A stretch of DNA of 64,000 nucleotides, from contig OZ024740.1 in NCBI GenBank assembly GCA_964016885.1, positions 243,350,001 to 243,414,000 on the forward strand. The letters run 5' to 3'. The notes below the pieces were generated by a model that had not been told where the DNA came from, did not search any database, and saw only the letters and a list, made by a program, of their open reading frames with translations. This DNA comes from Eledone cirrhosa (Eukaryota). A program made the position numbers and the translations under genes. Below, one piece after another: positions 53,146-64,000 of the stretch. Positions within the stretch are counted from its first letter, which is position 1, and each line of letters starts with the position of its first letter.

Positions 53146-56100
53146 TTGGTTAATGTTTGTTTAGTAATGGGCTGGTTGCCTGATGGATTTGCCATGGTGA
53201 GTAGGAGGGCAACGTCTGTAGCACCCGTACCAAGGCCACGGACAACTAAAGCAGCATCATCAGTGGCGGCAACACCAATAGCTACACCAGCAACAAAATT
53301 GCCGAAGAGGGCTCCACTACCACCACCAACAGCCGTGGAGCACATACCCCTCCCAGATGTCACAGAATCCGACATGGAGTTTGAGGCGGGAGTGAAGTGA
53401 CACACGGTCTGCCACAAAAAAGAAAAAAGAAAAAACCCTTAGATTCACCCTCCAAAAGCGAAGGCATACAAAGAGGGGTAAAGGCAGCAAGGAGACTTGC
53501 AGCAACATCACCACAAGCACCACTGACAACAACAACCACACCACCACCAGCATCACCAAAAACACCAACAGTGGAAACACAACAAAACACACACACCCAA
53601 TGCAACAAGAAGAAAACAGGAACAAAATCACCCCTCCCCCCAAAAAGTACACAGCCATAAACATGGCAAAAAAAGAACTCATACAATATATAAAGCAGCA
53701 CACAGACATCACAGAAAAAAACTACTACACCCCACCAACACCAAGAACTCTCCCGACAAACATAAGCATCATTGAAATCTCAATAGAATAGTACAAACCT
53801 TTAAAACAAAAATTTCCCAACGCAGTTCGAGACTTCAGAGGGTCGGTTACCAAGATGATATACACTGACATCCTCTTGGAAACACCCATGACCAGCGAAA
53901 GGGATGGTTCTACTGTCCTTTCACTACACGATCAAGGTAAGTGACCCTTTCTCACTTGCCCCGTTTCTCATCCAACATGGCCATACTCAGAATAGGCAGT
54001 ATAAATGCACGTGGCCTGGGGTCATCTTGGAAGCAGGGTCACCTGCTCAACGACCTCAGGTCACTAAACATAGATGTGGTGGCCATCAGTGAGACCAGAA
54101 TCTCCGAAGCACAAGCCTTCACACCGATCTTCGGCGGCTACGATGTATACGCATCTCCCAGCTGTCCAGGACCGGGGGGAGGAGTTGCCGTCCTTTTTCG
54201 GAGAGGCTTGGATCTTGCCATACGGGCCATCTTCCTAGACCCAGAAGGTAAGTCAGTGGTGCTGGACGTGACCGGCAGTGAAGGCAATGCTTTCAGGCTA
54301 GTAGCCGTCTACGCCCCAAAAGGAGCAGGACGGCCAGATTTCTTCAGACGTCTAGAGACCTTTCTTGGAACGTCCTGCTCTTTAGTGTTAGTGGGCGACT
54401 GGAACAGTATCTTGGATGCACGCTGGGATTGTGTGGGCCTAGTGGATAGGGGAGGAGGGTGCAAGAGCCTCACCAACCTGCTCAGACGTTATGAACTGTC
54501 TGACAGGTATCGGGTGGATCACCCGAATGTGCCAATGTGGACATGGACAAACCGCATCGGGTCATCCAGATCGTATCTCGATAGGGTATTCTGCAGAGAA
54601 CTAGATAAGGCTAGTATAAGTTGTCCACTATTTAAAATAGTCGACTACACAGACCACAAATTTGTGATCTGTGAGATCGACATAGACAGACTTCATAGAC
54701 AAGGGCCTGGTTACTGGAAGCTGAACGCGTCTTTCCCGGCGCGCAAAACCTACAGAGACCGGATTAGCGTATTAGTTAAGCGGGCGTTGACGGGAGTGGT
54801 CATCAACAACAGGTGGTGGTTCGCCCTGAAAAAGGCAATTAAAGTAGAGTCGATTAGGTTTAGCAAAGGAGTAGTGATAGAGGAAAATAGAGTAGAGGGA
54901 GAGCTAGTCAGAAAGCTAGAAGAGGCGTTTAGGACAGGCATCGCAACCGACGTGCTTGCGGCGAGAATGGCACTCGACCAATTCTTCAACGCAAAACACG
55001 AAGGCTGCGTTGACAGAGCTAGAGCGCGTGCTCTGAAACACGAGGGGACAAAAGCCGTCCAATGGGCCTGGGTGGCAGAGGCGCGACGTGGCAACAAAGC
55101 CACAATTCGGTTTTTGTTTGACCAAAACGGGTGCGTGAGGCTTGAACCCGAGCGGATGTGTGAAGCTTTTCAGCGGCACTTTGCTGAACTGTTCGGGAGC
55201 AGCGGTGGCCTGGATCGGGGCATGAACTTCAGTGCATACCTCGACGAACTGCCTCGGCTCTCGACGACCACAGCACAGTGTTGCGAAAAGCCAATAACAG
55301 CCGGTGAAATACGGGAAGCGATGGCTAACTGCACGAGGGGTAAATCGCCACGTTTGGATGGTCTGCTCTACGAGCTTTATGCATTTATGCCAGACTTGTT
55401 CGATGACTTCTTGGCAGACGTCTACCGCAACTGGCAGCAGAACGGGAGCATTCCCAGTTTTGTGAGCCGGGGAGCAGTGGCGCTCCTGAGAAAAGACCCG
55501 AACAAGGGGGATGTTATCAATAATTTCAGGCCCATAACCCTGCTAAACGCAGAGTTCAAGATTTTGGCCAAGATGTTAGCAACGAGGTTGGCGCTTGTCG
55601 TCAAGGGTCTGGTGGGAGAGGCACAGACATGCGCCATTCCAGACATATCCATACACACAACCTCCACCTCATGCGATACATCATAGAGAGGGTGGTTAAG
55701 GAACCTGGCATGGGCGGGGCCCTGAACAACTTGGATCAATCCAAAGCATTCGATAAGGTCGACCATCGGCACCTGGTGGCGGTCCTCGAGGCAGCCGGTT
55801 TAGGGCCCATTTTCAGGGGTCGGACCGCAGCAATGTACAGCGACATCTGCTCAGTTGTGAGGGTGAAAGGTCACCTGTCGCAGCCATTCAGAATCATGCG
55901 CTCAGTCCACCAGGGTTGTCCTCTCTCGTCCCTCTTGTACGTATTCGCTCTCGAGCCGTTACTGCACAAACTGGGGGTGATGAGGGGCGTCCCACGCGAA
56001 CTAGGATGCGGGAAATCCAAGTTGGCTTACGCCGAAGACGTCACCGTGGTGGTGTCGAGCACCAGACACATCCAGATGCTCGGCACCGCTCTCAAGGAAT

Positions 56101-57685
56101 ACGAAGCGGTGACAGGAGCAAAGATAAACCAGGAAAAGTTGGTGGGCTTGCAGTTCGGCACCTGGAGAGGCAAGTCCATGCCGTCCGACAGCGTCATGGG
56201 GCGTTGGACGGACGGACTGGTTAAATTGCTCGGGGTCTGGTTCGGACCGGACCTCCAGATGGAGAAAAGCTGTAACGAGGTGACGAGCAGGGTGGCCTCC
56301 CTCACCCAGAAATGGGCTGACAGGAAGCTGTCCCTGAAAGGCTGGGAAGAGGTGGCGAATGCATACATCGCATCCATCATCTGCTACCGCCTCACCGTCG
56401 TCCCTTGCTCCAGCCCAACTCTCACCAAAATGAAGCGCCTCGTCTTCCGCTTTTTGTGGAAGGGACGCGCTCCCATGGTCAGACAATCCATCTGTTGTCA
56501 ACACCCGTTGCGTGGAGGACTGGGCATGCCATGGCTGATGATGCGCAAACATGCGCTGAGGCTATGACATCTCTGGTGCTTCCTTATCGGTGAACAGGTG
56601 TGGTCGCCGTTCGCCAGGCATGTTTTCCCACTGCTCGTCTCCTTGACGGAGCTGCAGTCCTGGGTCAGAAAAAGACCGAGGGATAGCACTTGGAAACTGG
56701 AATGTCTCCAGGCGCTCACTGCCCTCTGCCAGCTGGGCACCAGTATCGGTGGAACATCCACCTCGGCGTTCTATAGAGGACTAGTGGAGGGCAAGAGCGA
56801 CGACATTCTCGGAGAGATCCTGGGCGTCGAAGAAGATCAGCTGTTTGCTCTCTTTCGGAGAACTTTCAGCCCAGGGCCTATGGATAACTTCCAAAAATCC
56901 CTGGCCTGGCAGTGCTACCGGGGAGCGCTGCCGGTTAGAGATAAGCTCTACAGGCACAGAAGTGCCGTCAGCCGAGCCTGTCCAAGATGCGCGCATAGCG
57001 ACGAAACCGTCGTGCACGCACTCGTTCAGTGCCCGAGCATTGCTGACTTGTGGAGCCATGTCGAACAGTTGCTGTCGCGTGTAGGACTGATCCGGTTATC
57101 GACTGAGTCCATTGTGCAGATGGTCTCGCTGTCTTCCTTCGAGGAGGAAGGGCAGGTGGTTTTCATCTGCCTGGTGGCCATGGCGAAATAGACTGTGTGG
57201 TGGACAAGGTTGAAAGGGTTAAAGACAGACACTTTCCTTTTCGGCGAATCCCTAATTAACTTTTTCAAGTTTCACTTGAAGAGGAAAATCAGGGTGGAGA
57301 GGCAAGTTTGTTGAAAGGTGGGTGAATGTAGCGAGAATGGTTCGAGTGAACGGGATCACTCTGAATATACGTCTGTAGTTTGAGAAATGGGAAAATTGAG
57401 AGAGGGCGCTTGCCCTGGTGGTCAGGGTGGCCGTGGTCGTTTGTGTGGTTTTCGCCACATGTAACCCCCGGAGGTTTCCCCCCTATTGGGGAATTTTTCA
57501 TTGTTTCAATTTTCATTTTTATTGTTTATATATATATATGTTTCTATGTCTTTTTTTTTCTTTTCTTATATAAATAATAAAAATCTTTACACGCACAAAA
57601 CCCACATCGTACCGTCCTGTACCGCCCTGTGCCGTCTGTAATGTTTTTCTTGATGTCAGCCCTTGTGGCCAATAAAATGAATAAC
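53146..57685 (+). mobile_element. Degenerate near-full-length Tx1/L1-clade LINE (ORF1 remnant; ORF2 APE-RT-zinc finger; 3' UTR)
   Basis: APE: SINARGL, ISETR, YAP, GDWN, SYLDRV, TDH. RT: FRPITLLNAEFKILAK, LDQSKAFDKVDH, HQGCPLS, YAEDV. CPRC...ETVVHALVQC finger. Frameshift at ~55650, stops at 56565 and 57189; ends TGTGGCCAATAAA. Confidence 0.93.
53977..57377 (+). pseudogene. Tx1-like ORF2 (endonuclease/reverse transcriptase), disrupted
   Basis: ORFs 53941-55686, 55629-56567 and 56598-57191 are consecutive pieces of one ORF2; the catalytic YADD is mutated to YAED. Confidence 0.9.
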
Positions 57686-59537
57686 GGAAAAGGATACATG
57701 TATAGTTGTAGTGCGTTATATGTATGACTGTAGAATTCCAAATTAGTAAATTTTCTAACCTTTGTTGACGAGCAAGCTCAACTAGTACTCATTCCAGCAG
57801 GGCTGGCTTGCGCGCGTGTATGTAGCTACATTGCAAGGTCAACTAAACAGACTGTCTGTTGCAGAGTCAAAAAGCTGACTATATTTGAGGTTCAAAATCT
57901 CCTGTATGTATCAGGATTAAGTTGCTCAGAAACATTAAATAGATCATCTTTAGAACTGTCCTCTTTTTGGACAATCTGGCACCATGAGCCTTCTACAAGA
58001 AGTTTGTGACTCTAAGGTCATAGGTCAGGTCAGTCTTTTGGTGGTCGTGTGTAGTAGCCTAAGAAAACCATCATGGGAATAATGTCTAGGTTTCGCTACA
58101 GAAGTACACAATTTCCTTAACGACTCACAAAAATTGTTCTGCGGCAGCCTATGAAAAAATAGTTTGCATGTTACATGTTTGAGGCCTCTAAGTTATAGGG
58201 CAGATTTTAATAGTTTTAATTTAAATATAAGCATGTTAAAACAAGAGGGCTTTATATCATAAAATCTGAAGTGATTTCAAGTTGGTTGTTGTTAAAATAG
58301 TTCAAAGACTTTAATCTAACCAGATTCTCAATAACTTTGAAGTTTGTTTCAGCCTATACTTCCAAGTGTAGGTATAGCTGTGGTGTAGTTATGAAATGTG
58401 CATCGCAACCATGTGGTTTTAGATTTATTCCCACATGGAAAAAGTGTCTTCTCTTTTTGAGTGAAATTTGGTAGACAGAATCTGCATATAAGCTGGATGT
58501 ACATTTACACTCACACACACACACACACACATATGTATATAGATATCCAATCATCATCACCATCAACGTTGTTTTACAATTACTTTCCATGCTTGCATGG
58601 GTTAGATCGATTTTTCTCAACCTGTTAGTTCTTTCGTTACTTTGGTATTGTGTGTTAGATTTTGCCTACCACAATGTTCAATTTGTCAAGCTATTTAAAT
58701 GTATGTTATTACTCTAAGGACCTACCTTGTCGAGTGCTTTGCTAACTCATTCATATAGTAGGTCGATTTTGCTTGCACACCGCCAAAGATTTGATTTTAC
58801 TAAGCCTCCAATTATATATATATGTATATATATCCAGGGAGTGTAACGCGGAGTTAATGTAGGTTCACCCAGGTGAGCACTCAATGTAATTTAGGTTCAC
58901 ATCAGTATCAAGGTGTAGAGCTAAACAGAGTGCAAAATAATGATTTCTACTATAGGCACAAGACCAGTAATTGATTATATCGACCCCAGTATGTTACTGG
59001 TGCTTTATTTTATCAAACCCATAAGGATGAAAGGCAAAGTTAACCTCGGCGGGATTTGAACTCAGGCCATGAAGGACCATAACTCTATGCTGCAAAGCAT
59101 GGTGTCCAACTCCCTACCGATACTGCCAATCCACAAAGTGTAAAATAATAAATCAAGGACTGTCATTACTACTATAGAGGTCTGATTAGCTTTTGATTCC
59201 AGAGTCAGGCCAGATCAATACAGATCGAACCTTGAGCTGATCAGTAACAAAATGCGCGTCACCAACCAATAAACGTAATGAAGGAATAACCATTTGTCCT
59301 TCTATTAGATATATATTTATGTGTGTGTGTGTGTACATGCTTGTTTCTATGTGTCACAGCAAGTGACATTAGTTTAAGTCCTGTATAAACAATATGTTCC
59401 ACACCTTAGCATGTGTGAAGTTTAGTGCCCTAAGTAAATTATTAAAGAAAATGAAAATCAGGAAGGGCATCCAGCCATACTGCCGCAGAAGGTTTCATCC
59501 AATCCATAACAACATAGAAAAGCAGATGTAAAATAAT

Positions 59538-59719
59538 TGTTTCTACTTTAGGCACAAGGCCAGCAATTACCCAGTGCATTACTGGTACTTTATTTTATCG
59601 ACCCCGTGAGGATGAAAGGCAAAGTCAACCTCGGCGGGATTTGAACTCAGATCATAAAGGGACGTAACTATGCTGGAAAGCATGGCGTCCGACCCTCTAC
59701 CGATACTGCCAATCCACCT
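59538..59719 (-). mobile_element. SINE family A copy with 16-bp TSD
   Basis: GCAGATGTAAAATAAT at 59522-59537 and 59720-59735 flanks the copy. A second copy at 58940-59135 is flanked by GTG(C/T)AAAATAAT. Confidence 0.85.
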
Positions 59720-60317
59720 GCAGATGTAAAATAATGATTAGGAATATGATGATATTTGTAACATATCTTAAAAAATTCTAACATGCAGACTTTTACATGT
59801 GAACACATTAAAACAAGAGATTTTATATAATAAACCCAGAAGTGATTTCAAGTAGATTGATATTAAAATAGTTAGGAGACTATTAGATTTTGCCACTCTA
59901 CTTTTAATCTAGTCAAATTCTCAATAGCTTTGAACTTTGTTTTCATGTCTACTCCTGTTTCAATATATGGAATCTCACCCTTCAAATATGAAAAATCTAA
60001 TTCAATATGGAAGTATAGGAGTATTAATGACAAAATCTCCTATCTCATATCTTTTCCTCTCTCATACTTTTAGTGACCTTCTTTTAGAGATTCTCTTCAG
60101 AGAATATATAAAGAACACAAAATAGAAATATAAGAAAATTGTAGATTTAAACTTACCAATAACCATGTATCAAAATCATCAGCATTATCACAGTTTAACA
60201 CCCATTTTCCATGCTTGCATGGGTCAGACAGGTTGTCTACGTCAAGAGACAAGTCTGGCTAGAATTTTGGCTGAGGTTTTTACAGCTGGATACCCTTCCT
60301 AACATCAACCACATTTA

Positions 60318-60900
60318 CAGTGTGGAACTGGATGGCACTGCTATGAGAAGAAACATGCCAGTTGGCTGCGCTGAACCCTTTACACAGCATAACCACAGTT
60401 TGGGAGTCTGGAACTGGATGGCACTGCTATGAGGGATGACAGGTCAGTTGGCCACGCCAAACCCTTCTCATAGCAGAACCACAGTTTGGGAGCAGCAACC
60501 ACATTTGCAGTGTGGAACTGAATGGCACTGCTATGAGGAGGGACAGGCCAGTTGGTTGTGGCAAACCCTTCTCACAGCAGAAACGCATTTTGGGAACCTG
60601 GGACTGGATGGCACTGCTATCATTAGCGACAGGCCAGTTGACTGCACCGAACCCTTCTCACATTAGCACCATAGTTTGGCTGCCACAACCTCATTTGAGG
60701 AATGAAACTGGATGGCATCTCTATGAAGAGGGATATGCCAGTTGGCTGTGCTGAACCCTTCTCACAGCAGAGCCATAGTTTGGGAGCCTGTAACTGAATG
60801 GCACCACTATTAAAAGGGAAAGGCAAGCTGGCTGTGCCGAACCCTTCTTGCAGCAGAATAATAGTTTGGCATATGCACCCACATATAGAGTGTGGAACTG
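60318..60900. repeat. Degenerate ~90-115-bp tandem repeat (GGAACTGGATGGCACTGCTATGAG...AACCCTTCTCACAGCAGAACCACAGTTTGGGAG), ~6-7 units
   Basis: Directly visible; attached to a minus-strand family B element (60190-60320). Confidence 0.8.
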
Positions 60901-61438
60901 TGTGACATGTTATGAGGCAAGCCTGGCCATTTGGCCACACAAGTACCATGCTCATAATATGGGAACTGAGGAGGGGGGTGGGGTGAAAGCCATGTCTGCC
61001 AAAACAGCTAACCAGATGGTGGTGGATAGGGGGTGGCTGGGAAGGATGTAGAGACAATAAAGCAAAGTTTGGTTTTATTTCAATTGAGACAGAAGCATTT
61101 AAAAAGCAGTAAAAACATTGAAATAATTGAAAATAGTGAACCATAGAAAGGAGAGAGAGGGGGAGAGAGAGGGAGGGAGAGAGAGAGAGAGAGAAAGAGA
61201 GAGGGAGAGAGAGAGAAATTGAGAGAAGTTAATTCAAAATATAGCTCGGATAGACTTATCTATTTATGGGGTTTTTTTTTGAAATTCCATAGATATTCAC
61301 CACAAGAGACAGGGAACATGGCTGGCTGGGCATAAAATACATTTTTTTAGTGATGTAAACGATGGCAGGGAATTGGGGGATAAAGCCAAGGCTGGGTTTT
61401 ACTTCAAGAGAGACAGCATATATATACATATATATATA

Positions 61439-62272
61439 CAGTTGAGTCCGCTTAAGTGTATACCCTCGGGAATGGAAAATAGTATACTCTTAACCGAACT
61501 ATACTCTTATCCGGACTAAGTAAAAATATTCCATAGTATTATTATTTTGAGTCTTTCAATGATTAAAAATCGCTTTATTATCGTTTAAAATGCATTTATA
61601 AGTAAAAAAATGAAAGTTACACCAAAAAATTCAACAAGAATTATTGCAAATTATAGATAAATTAAGCAATATTTCAACATATTAGTATGCAATTTTTATT
61701 TCCTAAAAATATTCCAAAATGCTTTTTAGCACTCGATTGCTCGCAATTTTTTTTTAATCAATTCCTTCGATCTCAGACGGAGTATAATTTTCAAAACTTT
61801 CAAACGATTGCATCATATAGGACCGTACAGTCAACAAAGCATTTATTCCTTCTTTTCCAAAGATCTAAAATATTGATAAATGATTAAAGTTATGTTAGGT
61901 ACCTATGCACATTCATATTATAAATATAAAAATAATACATACTAACCTTTGAGTAATGGATATTTTTTGAGTAATGAATAAAGCAGAGCGTTTCAAAGAC
62001 ATTTTTATGACACAATGAATTATTATTTTTGTATTTGCATATATTAAACTTTAAATTGCTTTTAGAATAGTTGTATAACAGACATCATCGCATTTCATTT
62101 TGAATTGTTTAAAAATGGTTATGTTACATTAAAAGCCCAATTTACTTTACCGTATTCATTATACTCTTATTCGGACTAAATTATATAGAAAATATATAAA
62201 CGGGAATTGATTATGCTATACTCTTAAGCGGACTATACTCTTATCCGATATACTCTTAAGCGGACTCGACTG
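61439..62272. mobile_element. Non-autonomous pogo/Tigger-like DNA transposon
   Basis: TIRs CAGTTGAGTCCGCTTAAGTGTATA / TATACTCTTAAGCGGACTCGACTG; TA-rich flanks; subterminal TATACTCTTA(T/A)(C/G)CGGACT repeats at both ends. Confidence 0.85.
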
Positions 62273-62297
62273 TGTATATATATATATATATATATAT

Positions 62298-62566
62298 CAT
62301 CATCATCATCATCATTATCATTTTACGTCCGCTTTTCCCTGCTTGCAAGGGTGGGACGGGAACTGATTCTGGCTTGATTTCTACAGCTGGATGCCCTTCC
62401 TAACACCAACCTCATTTACAGTGAGTGGTGGGTGCTTTTTTGGTGTGGCACCTCCACGACCACTTTGCAGTGGAATGATAGGGACCCCAGTCCCTATCAT
62501 CTCATTTCTACAGCTGAGTAAACTGGAGCAATGTGAAATAAAGTGTCTTGCTCAAGGAAACAACAC

Positions 62567-62571
<5 letters not shown>
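62298..62571 (-). mobile_element. 5'-truncated copy of the 40093-40425 composite SINE
   Basis: Near-identical reverse complement of 40155-40405. Confidence 0.85.
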
Positions 62572-62599
<28 letters not shown>

Positions 62600-62609
<10 letters not shown>

Positions 62610-63570
62610 TCAGTTTTTTTATCTCAGTTTTTTTATCTCAGATTTTTTTCTCAGTTTTTTATCTGTTCTGATATAGACCTAGGAATTTTAAACTAGACAT
62701 ATGATCATTATTTTTTCACACATTATTGATACGTGTCTCATTCATGAATACTGATATTTACATTATAATACCTAATTCATACGAATTGATATTTTTAGGA
62801 TGATGAAACATAATGTTTTAAATCTGCCTCGTTTATCTCTGGATATTTTTCTTTTCTCTCTATGTAACGGCTGTTTTCTCTCCTAACCACATATATCTCT
62901 CTCTACCTTAATACTAGAACTAAATAAATAAATAAATATATCATTGATACGTCATTCAACTGGTGCCCAACTACCTATTTTCTTTCTCTCTATCTCTATC
63001 TATATCTATCTCTCTCTATTTTTTTCTCTCTCTCTCTTCTCTCTCTCTCTCTCTATCTATCTCCCTCTGTGTTTTTTTCTCTCTCTATCTATCTCTCTCT
63101 GTTTTTTCTTGACATGAATTTCTTCTCTCTATCTATCTCTCTATATCTATCTCTCTCTGTTTTTCGTTGCATGCATTTCTTCTTTTTCTTCGCTTTCTTT
63201 CTTTCTTTCTTTTTATAACTGTCCCTAACATTTTTCACTACCAAATCAACTTTTTAAATGAAAGTTGAAGTTGTAAGGTATGTCAAATCTATCTATTTAT
63301 AAGACTGTTTATATTGTATTTTGTCTGAAGAAGGCATACCATATTTTTAATATGATATCCCTGAAATATATATAATGAAATAGATATGGTTTTATAAATA
63401 TAGTTTCCATTTATTTAATATCGTATATATATATATATATATATATATAAATATATATATATTGTTATTATATTTGGGGAGGGTCATATTGTTATAATAT
63501 TGCCAGAAATAATAATAAAACACACTCACTGTCTGGTTGGATTGGATTTCACTTCTGTATCTTTTATATC
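62600..63570 (+). mobile_element. Possible Penelope-like non-coding remnant with CT-rich body
   Basis: (CT)-rich body; CTGAAGAAGG...CCCTGAAA hammerhead-like motif at 63326-63366; tail 63460-63530 similar to the 38474 palindrome arm. Confidence 0.4.
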
Positions 63571-64000
63571 TCTATAGTTAATTTATCTGGCAATCAATTT
63601 TTATCACTGATTGACCAACGGTTAAAATATAGATATAAATATATATATAGTCTATCAAAGTTCTTTCGCCACACATCTGTTACATCATTAGTGGTACTAT
63701 TATGTTTCCTCCTGTTGTATTGTAATGTCTACGCCATTTTTATTTTATTTATTTATTTATTCTTGTCTCTGTCTCTGTTTGCGTGTGTGTTTTCTGTTTG
63801 GTGTGTGTGTTCATGTCTGAGTCTATGTGTGTTTGTATTCTATCTTTGTTCACCAGTGTGTGTTTATGTGTAGTTGTTGTTATTGTACTTGTGTATATTT
63901 ATTTATTTATTTATATTTACCTTAGGTCAGTATTGTGTGTTTGGGTATGGTTGTTGTTGTTATTCCATTCCTTTTTTTCTGTTCAACTTCTGTTACACCT

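Noticed and set aside
54750-57268. Antisense and alternative-frame ORFs within the Tx1 LINE (likewise within the Gypsy)
   Set aside because: Expected by-products of GC-richer coding sequence; no independent motifs.

Overview
Eukaryotic, AT-rich, repeat-dense genomic DNA with many (TA)n/(CA)n microsatellites; the SINE/LINE repertoire looks like an octopod cephalopod (inference from recalled repeat families). The only host gene I can support is a spliced minus-strand serine hydrolase of the beta-lactamase/PBP-like family. It has 6 coding exons between 17430 and the left window edge, all with GT-AG junctions in consistent phase. The SxxK, YxN and HTG motifs are intact, and the C-terminal extension resembles bacterial BTRD1 repeats. 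The rest is transposon-derived: (1) a structurally complete Ty3/Gypsy element (19751-24597; LTRs ~96% identical, CATAT TSD, tRNA-Leu PBS, PPT, gag-pol with two in-frame stops); (2) a degenerate Tx1/L1-type LINE (~53.1-57.7 kb); (3) RTE, CR1 and CRE-like LINE fragments, two of them 5'-inverted; (4) mariner, pogo/Tigger and piggyBac-type non-autonomous elements, Helitron-like elements and tRNA-derived SINEs; (5) a 5.3-kb 27-bp minisatellite that creates a spurious 1807-aa ORF. The least obvious signal is a set of about ten short Penelope-like retroelement remnants, mostly in (TA)n tracts. They are recognisable by hammerhead-ribozyme core motifs (CTGANGA-stem II-GAAAC..GTH), GIY-YIG C-terminal peptides and long near-perfect palindromes with an unpaired tail.
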